Below, piece by piece: positions 21,156-32,216 of a stretch of DNA of 64,000 nt. The notes below the pieces were generated by a model, which was not told the DNA's origin, searched no databases, and saw nothing but the letters and a program-made list of their open reading frames with translations. How positions within the stretch are numbered: position 1 is the stretch's first letter; the number at the start of each line of letters is the position of its first letter. This DNA comes from an uncultured Alphaproteobacteria bacterium. GTDB lineage: Bacteria > Pseudomonadota > Alphaproteobacteria > HIMB59 > GCA-002718135. The DNA lies in NCBI GenBank assembly GCA_902575375.1, contig CACGRD010000002.1, positions 49,521 to 113,520 on the forward strand. Reading direction: 5' to 3'. The translations under genes were made by a program, and so were the position numbers.

Positions 21156-21170
21156 GTTCTATATATGTTC
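21156..21170. promoter_or_regulatory. Alphaproteobacterial-type SOS box (LexA operator), perfect GTTC-N7-GTTC
   Basis: The plus strand reads GTTC TATATAT GTTC at 21156-21170, 4 nt upstream of the lexA ATG (21151, minus strand). Confidence 0.7.
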
Positions 21171-21175
21171 TTTAA

Positions 21176-21190
21176 GATCAAAACAAGAAC
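21176..21190. promoter_or_regulatory. Second, imperfect SOS-box-like element (GATC-N7-GAAC) in inverted orientation
   Basis: GATC AAAACAA GAAC at 21176-21190, 5 nt from the perfect box. One mismatch to GAAC-N7-GAAC. Confidence 0.35.
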
Positions 21191-21219
21191 AAATATAATA
21201 ATCTATATTTTTCAGTTAG

Positions 21220-21675
21220 TTAAATATTAGATTTACCACCTGTTTTTGACAATAGATGTATATTTTGTATTTTAATTTTTTTATTTAAGTACTTACACAT
21301 GTCATAAATTGTCAGACAGCTAATTGTAACGGCGGTTAATGCCTCCATTTCCACACCAGTATTTGCGTTTGTTTTAACTGTACTTTTGACAATAAAAGTA
21401 AATTTTTTTTCATTTTTTATAACCTCAATATTTATGTGATTGATTGGAATATTATGACAAAGCGGTATCAATTTAGAAGTTTCTTTTGCCCCCATAATAC
21501 CAGCAATTATTGCAGTTTTTTCTAGGTTCCCCTTTTTTGTCTCAAATGATTTTATTTTTTTATATGTTTCTTTATCAAATTTAATTTCACCAGAGGCAAC
21601 TGCTACTCTTTCTGTGACATCTTTATTTGATATGTCAATTATATAAGGATTTCCTTTTTTATTAATATGACTCAT
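21220..21675 (-). CDS. moaC: Cyclic pyranopterin monophosphate synthase MoaC
   Basis: 151 aa with KTAIIAGIMGAKETSKLIPLCHNIPI and GVEMEALTAVTISCLTIYDMCK motifs. Confidence 0.9.
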   Translation of the reverse strand: MSHINKKGNPYIIDISNKDVTERVAVASGEIKFDKETYKKIKSFETKKGNLEKTAIIAGIMGAKETSKLIPLCHNIPINHINIEVIKNEKKFTFIVKSTVKTNANTGVEMEALTAVTISCLTIYDMCKYLNKKIKIQNIHLLSKTGGKSNI

Positions 21676-22462
21676 TTAAAAGTAACTCTCCAATTTTCTT
21701 TTCTTTGTTTTTAGATTTTAACAAACTTTCTCCAATTAAAAAATTATAAATTCCTGTTGAATTAAATTTTTTTATGTCGTCAGAAGTTTTAATTCCACTC
21801 TCTGCAATTAAAATATAATCATTTGTTAAATTTTGATTCAAATTTATTGAGTTAGTTAAATTTATTTCAAGACTTTTAAGGTTTCTATTATTAATTCCGA
21901 TAACAGGGTAGTCTAATTTGATTGCTCTTTTCAATTCTTCTTCATCATGAACCTCTATTATACAATCTAATTTTAATTCATTTGCATAATTTATAAATTC
22001 TATTGCCTGATCATCTGATAATATTGATAAAATTAACAATATACAGTCTGCTTGATAAATCTTACTTTCTAAAATTTGATATTTATCAATAATAAAATCT
22101 TTTCTTAAAATAGGTAAATTTGTTTTCTTTTTAACCAGAGATAAATGATCAATATTGCCTAAAAAATATTTACTTTCTGTTAAAATCGATAATGCTTCAA
22201 CACCTGATCTTTCATATAAAATAGCAATGTCTTCTGGTTTGTAATCTGAAATTATTTCACCTGCACTTGGACTTTGTTTTTTTACTTCACCAATTATAAA
22301 ATTTTTTTTATTTTTTTGAGCTGAAAGTAATTTTTCTTTAAATTCACGTTTCTCTAATTTTGAGGAAATTAATTTTTCTAATGTTTTAAAAGAACATCTT
22401 TTTTTTGTTTCTTCTAATTCTTTAGATTTATCATCACAAATTTTTTGAAGTATATTACTCAT
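21662..22462 (-). CDS. trpC: Indole-3-glycerol phosphate synthase
   Basis: IIGEVKKQSPSAG...LSILTE...LRKDFIIDKYQI...IGINNRNL motifs. Confidence 0.93.
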   Translation of the reverse strand: MSNILQKICDDKSKELEETKKRCSFKTLEKLISSKLEKREFKEKLLSAQKNKKNFIIGEVKKQSPSAGEIISDYKPEDIAILYERSGVEALSILTESKYFLGNIDHLSLVKKKTNLPILRKDFIIDKYQILESKIYQADCILLILSILSDDQAIEFINYANELKLDCIIEVHDEEELKRAIKLDYPVIGINNRNLKSLEINLTNSINLNQNLTNDYILIAESGIKTSDDIKKFNSTGIYNFLIGESLLKSKNKEKKIGELLLNESY

Positions 22463-23456
22463 TAATTAGTGAGTTTACAAAATTTTTTGTAACTCCTTCC
22501 TCAATTGTTTTTTTTGCTAAATCAAAACTATCTTTTAGATTATTTCTTAAATTGGATAAATATATTGCCGCTCCTGCATTTATTTCAACAATCATTTGAA
22601 ATTCTCTATAATCACCGTTAATCATTTTATTAAAGCAATTTGCATTATATTCAGGATCTCCACCTTTTATATCTTCTAATTTAATTAAATCATAACCATA
22701 GTCTCTTGGGTCAAAACTGTATTCCAGAACTTTATTATTTTTCAATTCATTTATTAGAGTATTATCTGATAAACTTATTTCATCTAAACCATCCAATCCA
22801 TGAACAACCATAGCTTTTTTAGAACCTAATTCTTTTAAACAATTACAATGCATAGAAACTAAATCTCTTGAATAGACACCTAGAAGCTGTTTACTTGCTT
22901 TAGCAGGATTTGTAAGAGGGCCTAATAAATTAAAAATTGTACGTGTAGCTAAATTCTTACGAACATTAATTACATTCTTCATGGCAGAATGATGATTTTG
23001 AGCAAATAAAAAGCAAAAATTTTTATTTGATAATGAGTTTTCTAAATCTTCTACATTATTTGTAATCTTATAACCTATTTTTTCTAGCATATCCGCAGAA
23101 CCTGATTTTGAACTAACCGAACGATTGCCATGCTTTGCTATAGTAACACCAGCGCTTGCAGCAACTATTGCTGCACTTGTTGATATGTTTAATGTGTCTT
23201 TCATATCTCCACCAGTGCCACAAGTATCAATTGTATTTTCAGGAGAGTTTATTTTTAGAGATTTCTCTCTCATTACTTTGGCTGCACCGATAATTTCTTC
23301 TTTTGTTTCACCTTTTAACTTTAAACCAATTAGTATTGATGTAATTTTAATATCATCTAATTCTCCACTCATAATTTTATTGAATATATACATACTCTCT
23401 TCAATATTCAGATTTTGTTCTTCGAGAATTTTATTTAATATTAAAGTTTGATCCAT
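22455..23456 (-). CDS. trpD: Anthranilate phosphoribosyltransferase
   Basis: DTCGTGGD...NISTSAAIVAASAG...KHGNRSVSSKSGSAD motifs. Confidence 0.95.
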   Translation of the reverse strand: MDQTLILNKILEEQNLNIEESMYIFNKIMSGELDDIKITSILIGLKLKGETKEEIIGAAKVMREKSLKINSPENTIDTCGTGGDMKDTLNISTSAAIVAASAGVTIAKHGNRSVSSKSGSADMLEKIGYKITNNVEDLENSLSNKNFCFLFAQNHHSAMKNVINVRKNLATRTIFNLLGPLTNPAKASKQLLGVYSRDLVSMHCNCLKELGSKKAMVVHGLDGLDEISLSDNTLINELKNNKVLEYSFDPRDYGYDLIKLEDIKGGDPEYNANCFNKMINGDYREFQMIVEINAGAAIYLSNLRNNLKDSFDLAKKTIEEGVTKNFVNSLINE

Positions 23457-24025
23457 TATTTTGCTAAATTTAAAAAGTTTTTTAAAATAATTTTACCCAT
23501 ATCAGTACCTATACTTTCAGGATGAAATTGTAGTCCAAATATTGGTAATTTTTTATGTGCAATACCCATTATAATCTTATTATTTGTTTCAGCAGTAATT
23601 AAAAAATCTTTAGGCATAGTTCTTTTATCAATTATAAGAGAATGATATCTAGTTGCTTTAAATTTTCTTTCTACATTTTTAAATATAGAGTGTCCAAAGT
23701 GATTAATTGTATCAACTTTTCCGTGCATGATTTCTTTACATTTAATGATTTTACCTCCAAAAGCTTGACCAATAGTTTGATGTCCTAAACAAATTCCAAG
23801 TATAGGAAATTGTTTTGATAATTCTGCAACGATATTAAGACTTATTCCAGCTTCATTTGGTGTGCACGGACCTGGTGAGATAACTATTGATTTAGGTTTT
23901 AATTTACGAATTTTATTTATAGAAATTTTGTCATTTCTAAAAACAACAACCTTCTGATTTAAATCCAATAAATAGTGTTTTACATTGTAAGTAAAACTAT
24001 CATAATTATCTATCAGTAATATCAT
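23456..24025 (-). CDS. trpG: Anthranilate synthase component II (glutamine amidotransferase)
   Basis: MILLIDNYDSFTYN...SPGPCTPNEAG...GICLGHQ...LQFHPES class-I GATase triad. Confidence 0.93.
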   Translation of the reverse strand: MILLIDNYDSFTYNVKHYLLDLNQKVVVFRNDKISINKIRKLKPKSIVISPGPCTPNEAGISLNIVAELSKQFPILGICLGHQTIGQAFGGKIIKCKEIMHGKVDTINHFGHSIFKNVERKFKATRYHSLIIDKRTMPKDFLITAETNNKIIMGIAHKKLPIFGLQFHPESIGTDMGKIILKNFLNLAK

Positions 24026-25500
24026 ATATCAAATTTGTATGAATCCTCAGCTGCTGCCATTAAAGCACCTGCTTTATTCAAAATTTCTTGATGTTCATTT
24101 TTTGGAACAGAATCATAAACTATCCCAGCGCCAGCCTGAATGTATAATTTATTATCTTTTACAAGCCCAGTCCTCAAACTAATACAAGTATCCATGTCTC
24201 CATTAGAATCAAAATAACCCATACAACCAGCATAAAAACTTCTATTTAAATTTTCAAGCTCCTCTATGATTTCCATCGCTCGTATTTTTGGTGCACCAGA
24301 AACTGTACCTGCTGGAAATCCAGCCATTAAAGCATCTAAAGCATCTAAATTATTATCTATTTTTCCCTCAACGTTTGAAACAATATGCATAACATGAGAG
24401 TAGTATTCTATAATCATCTTTTCAGTAACATTCACTGTTCCTTTTTTAGCAACGCGACCAACATCGTTCCTTCCTAAATCTAAAAGCATTAAGTGTTCTG
24501 CGAGTTCTTTCTTATCATTCAGTAAGTCATTAGATAAATAAAGGTCTTCAGAGGCATTCTTTCCTCTTTTTCTTGTTCCAGCAATTGGTCTTATCGTAAC
24601 TTTTTTGTTTCTTAATTGAACCATTAATTCTGGACTAGATGCAACAAGGCCAATTTTATCGAAGTTAAGATTTACAAGATAAGGAGATGGATTTAGTCGT
24701 CTTAACGATCTATAAAGATTGACTGCCTTTAAATTATATTTTGTTTCAAATCTCTGTGAAGGCACAACTTGGAAGATATCTCCATTTTTAATATATTCTT
24801 TTGCTTTATTTACTATTTTATAAAATTGTTCTTTTTTGAAATTTGATTTAAATTTTAATTTAGATTTTTTATTTTTCTTTTGAGCAGGTTTTAAAATACT
24901 TTTTTCTAACTTTTTAATTGTTTTATCAATAAGTAATTTATTTTTTCTATAGGCTTTTTCTGCTGAGATTTTTTTACTTGGATAAGTAACTGTCATAAGG
25001 GAAATAATATCTTTAATATTATCAAAAACTGCAACAATTTTTGGTCTGATTAAAATTGCATCAGGTATTTTTATATTGTCCTTATTACTTAGTTTAATTT
25101 TTTCAATATATTGAATCATTGGATATCCTAAATATCCAACTAGTGTTGGGAAAGGAACGTCAATTTTATTATTTTTAAATTTTGAAATTTTTACAAGTTC
25201 TTTAAGACTATGAATTGGCTTTTGATCTAGTTTGTAATCAAATTTATGATCTAAATATTTAATTTTTGCCTTACCTTTTTCAACTGTCCAAATTAAATCT
25301 GGATCACAACCAAGTAATGAGTAACGTCCTCTTTTACTTCCACCTTCTACTGACTCCAATAGAAAGGAATATTTTTCCGATTTACTAATTTTTAATAATG
25401 ATGAAAATGGTGTTTCAATATCAGCAATAAGATTTTTTTTTAATATCTGAGGTAAGCCTTTGTTATATTGGCTTATAAAATTTTTTTTTTCTAGACTCAT
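24022..25500 (-). CDS. trpE: Anthranilate synthase component I
   Basis: Chorismate-binding motifs GDIFQVVPSQRF, NPSPY, GTVSGAPKIRAMEII and RSFYAGCMGYF. Confidence 0.95.
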   Translation of the reverse strand: MSLEKKNFISQYNKGLPQILKKNLIADIETPFSSLLKISKSEKYSFLLESVEGGSKRGRYSLLGCDPDLIWTVEKGKAKIKYLDHKFDYKLDQKPIHSLKELVKISKFKNNKIDVPFPTLVGYLGYPMIQYIEKIKLSNKDNIKIPDAILIRPKIVAVFDNIKDIISLMTVTYPSKKISAEKAYRKNKLLIDKTIKKLEKSILKPAQKKNKKSKLKFKSNFKKEQFYKIVNKAKEYIKNGDIFQVVPSQRFETKYNLKAVNLYRSLRRLNPSPYLVNLNFDKIGLVASSPELMVQLRNKKVTIRPIAGTRKRGKNASEDLYLSNDLLNDKKELAEHLMLLDLGRNDVGRVAKKGTVNVTEKMIIEYYSHVMHIVSNVEGKIDNNLDALDALMAGFPAGTVSGAPKIRAMEIIEELENLNRSFYAGCMGYFDSNGDMDTCISLRTGLVKDNKLYIQAGAGIVYDSVPKNEHQEILNKAGALMAAAEDSYKFDI

Positions 25501-27317
25501 TTATACTGAGATAAAAGACCATTTATCAGTTCATCATTGAACGAAATTTCTTTTGTCTTAATAATCTCACTACCAAATGCTGTTTTCAAATCACCTATTA
25601 AATTAATATTTGAAGTATTTTCACCCTCTTCAGGCATCTTTATACTTTTAATATTAGCAAAATAAATAGCATTTTCATCTGATCCAAAAGCTACTTTATC
25701 AATATCAGTTTCAAAGATCTTTTGTTTAAATGATATTGGTAACTCATCATTAGTCTTTAAAGATAAAATTAAATTTTCAGGATTAGTTGCATAAAATTTA
25801 CTTATATTTGTGAACAACTCTTTATTATTTTCAAAAATATTTTCTGCTTGTTCAGTTTTTTTTGTAAAAATAAAATCATTTAAAACACTGTCAAAGATAT
25901 TATCAATACTCTCTATTTTTGAAGGATAAATGTCATCAATGTTTACAATAAAAGAAGTATCATCATCAATGTCTACTAAATCACTAACAAAATCTTTATT
26001 TTGTGTAAAAGAAAATGAAATTACGTTGCTTAAAGCAGGGTCATCTTCGTTAGTATTTTTAATAATTTTTTTCTCAATGATTAATTTCAGATTATTTTGA
26101 TCTGCTATTTCAGTAATTGAAAACCCATCAAGTATTTGTTGGTCAAGGCTCAATTTTAATTCACTAAAGTAATTATCTACTTCAAAATTGATTAATGTAT
26201 TATTTATTTCATTCTTCACTTCATCAAAAGTTAATTCTTTTTCTGGGAAAATTTCATCTAAAATAATTATGTGAAATGCCAAGGTTGTTTGTACTACATC
26301 TGACATACTTCCTTTGTCTAATTCAAATATTGCATTTGCAAGTTGTTCTAAAACTTTATTTTTGTCAACATTTTTAAAATTATTAAAAATTATATTATTT
26401 TCTTCTGCATATTTAATAATTTCTTCATTAGTTTTTCCAGAAACTTTTATTTTAAAATCATCTGCTTCTTCCTTTGATTTAAAATTAAATTGTTTAAAAC
26501 TTCTCTCTTCAGGATTTATAAATAGGTTTTTGTTATTATTGTAATATTCATTAATACTATTTTCTGAAGGTGAAAAATTATCTCTAAAATCACTTTTATT
26601 AATTAAAATATACGAAATATCTCTCTCTTCATTTGTCATATATTCTGAAGAGTTATTATTAAAATAATCTAATAGTTCTATATTATCTTTTGTAATTTGA
26701 ACTTTATCGTAATTTTCAAGTTTAATATCGTTGTACGATATTTTGAGTAACTCTATTTCTCTACTCTGATTATCATACTTATTAAAATTTATTTGCAATT
26801 GTGATGGGTAATTTTTTTGAAATATAACTTGATCAAATACCAACGCCCTAGTTTCAAAATCTATTAAATCTACTAAATCTTCTATTTTTAAATTTTGATT
26901 TCTTAAGAATGTATTTAGCCTATCATTATCTAACTTATTGTTAATGTATAGATCTGGAAAATTTTTTTTTGTTTCTTTTGCAATTGTTGTGTCATCTAAA
27001 ATAAAATTTATTTTGTCAAATTCATTTTCAAATACAGCTCTATTTACCAAATTTTGAAGTGCAATTTGATGAACTTGAAAGCTTCTAATTTGATCACCAG
27101 TTAGTCGACTTCCAATCATTTGAGAAAATTGGTCAATATTCATATCCATTGATCTAAGAAATTTTGTAGTTGAAATAGGAGTTCCTGAAATATCAGCTAC
27201 AAAGTTATCAGAGTTAAATAAATTTGAATATCTTGTTGACCCTCTAAAAAAGAACAAACTTGCTGCAAAAAGAATTGCCAGTCCGATCCCAATCCATGAT
27301 TTTCTAAATGCTCTCAT
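25497..27317 (-). CDS. ppiD: PpiD/SurA-like periplasmic chaperone (peptidyl-prolyl isomerase D family)
   Basis: 606 aa with an N-terminal membrane anchor (WIGIGLAILFAASLFFF) and a SurA-N-like region. The position between trpE and tpiA is conserved in alphaproteobacteria. The parvulin domain is only weakly recognisable by eye. Confidence 0.7.
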   Translation of the reverse strand: MRAFRKSWIGIGLAILFAASLFFFRGSTRYSNLFNSDNFVADISGTPISTTKFLRSMDMNIDQFSQMIGSRLTGDQIRSFQVHQIALQNLVNRAVFENEFDKINFILDDTTIAKETKKNFPDLYINNKLDNDRLNTFLRNQNLKIEDLVDLIDFETRALVFDQVIFQKNYPSQLQINFNKYDNQSREIELLKISYNDIKLENYDKVQITKDNIELLDYFNNNSSEYMTNEERDISYILINKSDFRDNFSPSENSINEYYNNNKNLFINPEERSFKQFNFKSKEEADDFKIKVSGKTNEEIIKYAEENNIIFNNFKNVDKNKVLEQLANAIFELDKGSMSDVVQTTLAFHIIILDEIFPEKELTFDEVKNEINNTLINFEVDNYFSELKLSLDQQILDGFSITEIADQNNLKLIIEKKIIKNTNEDDPALSNVISFSFTQNKDFVSDLVDIDDDTSFIVNIDDIYPSKIESIDNIFDSVLNDFIFTKKTEQAENIFENNKELFTNISKFYATNPENLILSLKTNDELPISFKQKIFETDIDKVAFGSDENAIYFANIKSIKMPEEGENTSNINLIGDLKTAFGSEIIKTKEISFNDELINGLLSQYK

Positions 27318-27366
27318 AAAATTTCTATTGCTTCTATAATATTACTTTCTATAAATAAAAGTAATT

Positions 27367-28086
27367 ATGGTAAATCTTGATAAATATTCCTCAATTTTTA
27401 TAGCAAATTGGAAATTAAATGGAAATTCGTCATTTTTAAAAGATTATTATGTTAAATTAAAAGTTAATTCTAATAATTGTACGATTATTTGCTCACCTTC
27501 AATTTACTTAAAATCACTAAAAGGAAATAATGAAAACTTATTTTGTGGTGCACAAGATGTCTCTTCTTTTAAAGAAGGTGCATATACTGGAGAATTATCC
27601 GCCTCAATGCTAAAGGATAATAATATAGATTTTTGTTTGGTTGGACACTCTGAGCGAAGACAACATTTTGCTGAAACAAATGACAAAGTGAATACTAAAA
27701 GTTCAAATCTTATTGAAGAAAATATTATTCCAGTGATCTGCATAGGAGAAACCTTAGAACAAAAAGAAAAAAACTTAACAGAAGAAATTTTAACTTCACA
27801 AATTAAGGATAGTGTTCCAAATTTAGCAAATCATCAAAATGCGTTAATTGCTTATGAGCCAGTTTGGGCAATAGGAACTGGATTAACTCCAACCTTAGAT
27901 GAAATAAATCAAACTCACAAATTAATCAAAAATTTTGATCAAAAGTTTATTGACTTTAAAGTGCTTTATGGAGGTTCTGTTAAGTCTTCAAATTCAAAAG
28001 AAATTACTAACTTGAGTCATGTAGATGGCTGCTTAATTGGTGGAGCATCATTAAAAGTTGATGAATTCAATACAATTATTTCTTGA
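27367..28086 (+). CDS. tpiA: Triosephosphate isomerase
   Basis: FIANWKLNG...VGHSERRQHF...AYEPVWAIGTG...LIGGASL motifs. Confidence 0.95.
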   Translation: MVNLDKYSSIFIANWKLNGNSSFLKDYYVKLKVNSNNCTIICSPSIYLKSLKGNNENLFCGAQDVSSFKEGAYTGELSASMLKDNNIDFCLVGHSERRQHFAETNDKVNTKSSNLIEENIIPVICIGETLEQKEKNLTEEILTSQIKDSVPNLANHQNALIAYEPVWAIGTGLTPTLDEINQTHKLIKNFDQKFIDFKVLYGGSVKSSNSKEITNLSHVDGCLIGGASLKVDEFNTIIS

Positions 28087-28118
28087 TTAATGAAATCAAT
28101 TTAATATAAAGCGCAAAT

Positions 28119-28424
28119 ATGACAACTTTAGTAATAATTCAGCTTATACTTGCTCTTGCCTTGGTTGTATTAGTTTTATTACAGGGATCAGATAACGATA
28201 GCTTAGGCCTTGGTGGTGGAACTTCAACTGGGATGATGTCAGCGCGAGGTACTGCAAACCTCCTTTCTAGGTTAACAGCAATTACTGCTGGTTTATTCAT
28301 GGTAATGAGTATTGTTCTTACAATTACTGCCTCAATTAGTTCAGATCGCAATGTTTTAGAGTCTCTTCCTTCAATTAATACTGAAGAAACTTCAGAAGAA
28401 CCAACTATACCAGAAAATAATTAA
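28119..28424 (+). CDS. secG: Preprotein translocase subunit SecG
   Basis: 101 aa with two TM segments and the LLQGSDNDSLGLGGG motif. tpiA-secG adjacency. Confidence 0.9.
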   Translation: MTTLVIIQLILALALVVLVLLQGSDNDSLGLGGGTSTGMMSARGTANLLSRLTAITAGLFMVMSIVLTITASISSDRNVLESLPSINTEETSEEPTIPENN

Positions 28425-28471
28425 TAATATCTTGCTATAAGAAGATCTATTATGTATCACGGTATTCCGTA

Positions 28472-30085
28472 ATGCATTTTGTTTTTATTACGGGTGGAGT
28501 AGCATCCTCTCTTGGAAAAGGTATAGCCTCGGCTTCTCTTGCAACGCTTCTTAAAAGTAGAAAATTTAAAGTAAGAATACGTAAGTTAGATCCTTATTTG
28601 AATGTGGATCCAGGAACAATGAGTCCATATCAGCATGGAGAAGTTTATGTTACTGATGATGGTGCAGAAACAGATTTAGACCTTGGACATTACGAAAGAT
28701 TTACAAATCAATCTGCTAAGCAATCAGATAGTGTTTCATCAGGTAAGATTTATTCTAATGTTCTTATAAAAGAAAGAAAGGGAGATTACCTTGGGTCTAC
28801 AATTCAGGTCATTCCTCATGTTACTAATGAAATAAAATCTTTTATTAATAGTGATTTAAAAAATGAAGATATTGCAATTTATGAAATAGGAGGAACAGTT
28901 GGAGATATTGAATCTTTACCGTTCTTAGAAGCAATAAGACAAATTCGAAATGATAAAAATATTTCATCAGCATTAATTCATATGACTTATATTCCATATT
29001 TAAGTTCTGCGGGTGAATTAAAAACAAAACCTACTCAACATTCAGTTAAAGAACTTCTTAATGCTGGTATTCAACCAGATATTATTATGTGTAGATCTGA
29101 ACAACCAATAGATCAGGATTCAATTTCTAAAATATCTTTATTTTGTAATGTAAAAAAAGAGTCTGTAATTCCTGCATTAAATGCTAAATCAATTTATGAA
29201 GTTCCTTCATTGTATTCTAAATATGGTTTGGATGAAGCTCTTCTAAAACAATTAGGTTATAAACCAAAAAATCACAAACTAAATTTGAAGCCTTGGATTG
29301 ATCTTCAAAAAAAAATTAAAAAAAGAAAATATAAAGTAAAAATTGCAGTAGTAGGAAAATACACAAATCTTAAAGACAGTTATAAATCACTAAATGAAGC
29401 ATTGGTACATGGGGGAATAGAAAATTCTGCTGATGTAGATATTCAATGGATTAATTCTGAAAAAGAAAACAATATCAGTTTAATGAAAAAATTAAAAGGT
29501 TGTAATGGAATTCTAATTCCAGGTGGTTTTGGTATTCGCGGTATTAATGGAAAAATTAATGCCATAAAATATGCAAGAGAAAACAATATTCCTTTTTTTG
29601 GAATATGTCTTGGAATGCAGTTAGCTGTTATTGAAATAGCACAAAATGTACTAAAAATTAAAAACGCTCATTCTTCAGAGTTTAAGAAAACTACTAAATC
29701 AGTTGTAGGATTAATGACAGAATGGGTAAATAAAAATAAGATCGAAAAAAGAGATAAAAATAGTGATAAGGGTGGAACAATGCGTCTTGGGGCATACAAA
29801 GCTGTTTTGAAAAAAAATTCAAAAATCTTTTCGATTTATAAAAATAAAGTAATTAGTGAGAGACATAGACATAGATACGAAGTAAACCAGAAATTTCTAT
29901 CAAAATTTGAAAACAAAGGTTATTATTTCAGTGGTATGTCACCAGATGGATTATTACCTGAAGTGCTTGAGAGTAAAAAACATAAATGGTTTATAGGAGT
30001 TCAATTTCATCCAGAGTTAAAATCAAGACCATTAGATCCGCATCCTCTTTTTGTATCATTTATAAAGGCTGCAATTAATGATTAA
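28472..30085 (+). CDS. pyrG: CTP synthase
   Basis: FITGGVASSLGKGI...DPYLNVDPGTMSPYQHGEV...GICLGMQ...RHRHRYEVN...QFHPE motifs. Confidence 0.97.
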   Translation: MHFVFITGGVASSLGKGIASASLATLLKSRKFKVRIRKLDPYLNVDPGTMSPYQHGEVYVTDDGAETDLDLGHYERFTNQSAKQSDSVSSGKIYSNVLIKERKGDYLGSTIQVIPHVTNEIKSFINSDLKNEDIAIYEIGGTVGDIESLPFLEAIRQIRNDKNISSALIHMTYIPYLSSAGELKTKPTQHSVKELLNAGIQPDIIMCRSEQPIDQDSISKISLFCNVKKESVIPALNAKSIYEVPSLYSKYGLDEALLKQLGYKPKNHKLNLKPWIDLQKKIKKRKYKVKIAVVGKYTNLKDSYKSLNEALVHGGIENSADVDIQWINSEKENNISLMKKLKGCNGILIPGGFGIRGINGKINAIKYARENNIPFFGICLGMQLAVIEIAQNVLKIKNAHSSEFKKTTKSVVGLMTEWVNKNKIEKRDKNSDKGGTMRLGAYKAVLKKNSKIFSIYKNKVISERHRHRYEVNQKFLSKFENKGYYFSGMSPDGLLPEVLESKKHKWFIGVQFHPELKSRPLDPHPLFVSFIKAAIND

Positions 30086-30908
30086 TATCAATCTAAAAAA
30101 TTTTTCTATATCAAATAATTCTCCATTTATTTTAATTGCAGGTCCATGCGTAATAGAAAATGAAAGTCACTCTTTGATGATTGCAGAAGATCTACATAAA
30201 ATATGCAATGATGTTGGAATTAATTTAATTTTTAAATCTAGTTTTGATAAGGCAAATAGGTCAAGTATTAATAGTGATAGGGGTATTAATCTCGATGATG
30301 CATTAAAAATCTTTGAAAAAATTAAAACTAATTTTAATTTACCAATACTAACTGATGTCCATAATGAGGATCAATGTAATAAATTAAATCAAGATAGTAT
30401 TATCGACATTATTCAAATCCCTGCGTTTCTATGCCGTCAAACAGATTTATTACTAGCTGCAGGTAGTACAAATAAAATTATTAATGTCAAAAAAGGTCAA
30501 TTTTTATCACCAACTGACGTTAAAAATATTTTTACCAAGATAGAAACTACAAATAATAAAAACATCATGATAACTGAAAGAGGAACATCTTTTGGTTACA
30601 ACACACTAGTAAATGATTTTAAAGGTTTAGATATTATGAAAAAATATGAGTATCCTGTAATTTTTGATGCAACTCATTCCGTTCAGCAACCAGGAGGATT
30701 GGGTGATAAAAGTGGCGGGCAAAGAGAGCATATTCCTTCTTTATGTAAAGCTGCCATATCTATTGGTGTAGCTGGTTTATTTTTAGAAACACATAATGAT
30801 CCAGATAATGCCCCTAGTGATGGACCAAACATGATTAACATAAAAGATTTAAAAAATTTATTAATTCAACTTAAACAATTTGATGATATAGCGAAAAATA
30901 ATGCCTAA
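30078..30908 (+). CDS. kdsA: 3-deoxy-8-phosphooctulonate (KDO-8-P) synthase
   Basis: IAGPCVIE...[12 protein letters not shown]...[14 protein letters not shown]...[12 protein letters not shown] motifs. Confidence 0.95.
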   Translation: MININLKNFSISNNSPFILIAGPCVIENESHSLMIAEDLHKICNDVGINLIFKSSFDKANRSSINSDRGINLDDALKIFEKIKTNFNLPILTDVHNEDQCNKLNQDSIIDIIQIPAFLCRQTDLLLAAGSTNKIINVKKGQFLSPTDVKNIFTKIETTNNKNIMITERGTSFGYNTLVNDFKGLDIMKKYEYPVIFDATHSVQQPGGLGDKSGGQREHIPSLCKAAISIGVAGLFLETHNDPDNAPSDGPNMINIKDLKNLLIQLKQFDDIAKNNA

Positions 30909-32181
30909 AATAACAAATATAAAAGCTAGACAAATAATAGATAGCAGAGGAAATCCTACTGTTGAATGCGATATAGAGTTTGAAAATTCTAACTTTGGAA
31001 GAGCTGCGGTTCCAAGTGGAGCATCAACTGGAGTGCATGAAGCTTTAGAATTACGAGATGATGATAAATCTAAGTATAAAGGTAAAGGAGTTTTGAAAGC
31101 AGTAGGAAACATCAATGATAGCATTTCTAATGAACTAGTTGGAAAATCATTTGAAAATATTTCTTCTTTTGATGATTTTATATTACAACTAGATGGAACG
31201 GAAAATAAATCAAATTTAGGCGCTAATGCAACGCTCGCTGCAAGTTTAGCCTTTGCAAAATGTTTAGCTTCTTCTGAAGGTCATGAATTGTATTCTTTTC
31301 TTGGTAAAGAACATACAATGAGTCTTCCAGTTCCAATGATGAATATTGTTAATGGTGGATCTCATGCAGATAACGATGTTGATATTCAAGAATTTATGGT
31401 TGCTCCAATTGGTGCAAATAATTTTTCAGAAGCACTTCAATATGGTTGTGAAATATTTCATTCATTAAAGTCACTTTTAAAATCAAAAGGCTTAAACACA
31501 AATGTTGGTGATGAAGGTGGATTTGCTCCTAACATAAATACTTCTAGTGAAGTCATAGAAACAGTTTTGAAATCAGTAGAGGATGCAGGTTTTAAACCCG
31601 GAAAAGATATTTATCTTTCACTTGATGTTGCATCAACTGAATTTTACAAAAATAATAAATACGATTTAAAAGGAGAAAAAATTGTTTTGTCTTCTGATGA
31701 GATGATAAAATATTTAGAGAAATTGGTAAATGCTTATCCCATTTATTCTATTGAAGATGGAATGTCAGAGGATGATTGGGATGGTTGGTCTAATTTAACA
31801 TCAACAATAGGAAAAAAAGTTCAGTTAGTTGGTGATGATTTATTTGTTACAAATAAAAAAAGATTACAAAAAGGTATTGTAGAGGGTGCGGGAAATTCTA
31901 TTTTAGTTAAAGTAAATCAAATAGGTACTCTAAAAGAAACTTTGGAGTCGATTAAATTAGCAAAAGAAAATAATTTCACTACTATTATTTCACATCGTTC
32001 TGGCGAGACTGAAGATACGACGATTGCTGATTTATCAGTTGGTGTTTCAGCAGGTCAAATTAAAACAGGTTCTTTATCTAGAACAGATAGAACGGCAAAA
32101 TATAATCAATTATTAAGAATTGAAGAGGCATTACAAGGTAAAGCAAAGTATGCTGGATCTTCTATCTTAAATAATAATTGA
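30901..32181 (+). CDS. eno: Enolase
   Basis: [19 protein letters not shown]...[15 protein letters not shown]...[15 protein letters not shown] motifs. Confidence 0.98.
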   Translation: MPKITNIKARQIIDSRGNPTVECDIEFENSNFGRAAVPSGASTGVHEALELRDDDKSKYKGKGVLKAVGNINDSISNELVGKSFENISSFDDFILQLDGTENKSNLGANATLAASLAFAKCLASSEGHELYSFLGKEHTMSLPVPMMNIVNGGSHADNDVDIQEFMVAPIGANNFSEALQYGCEIFHSLKSLLKSKGLNTNVGDEGGFAPNINTSSEVIETVLKSVEDAGFKPGKDIYLSLDVASTEFYKNNKYDLKGEKIVLSSDEMIKYLEKLVNAYPIYSIEDGMSEDDWDGWSNLTSTIGKKVQLVGDDLFVTNKKRLQKGIVEGAGNSILVKVNQIGTLKETLESIKLAKENNFTTIISHRSGETEDTTIADLSVGVSAGQIKTGSLSRTDRTAKYNQLLRIEEALQGKAKYAGSSILNNN

Positions 32182-32216
32182 CAGTCTCGAACGTAAATAT
32201 GTTATTTATATAGAAA

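Noticed and set aside
21220-21675. moaC is the only molybdopterin-biosynthesis gene in the window, embedded after trpC. It could be an orphan or decaying pathway gene.
   Set aside because: The ORF is intact with conserved motifs, and trpC-moaC adjacency is a conserved alphaproteobacterial arrangement. Whether the rest of the pathway exists cannot be judged from this window.
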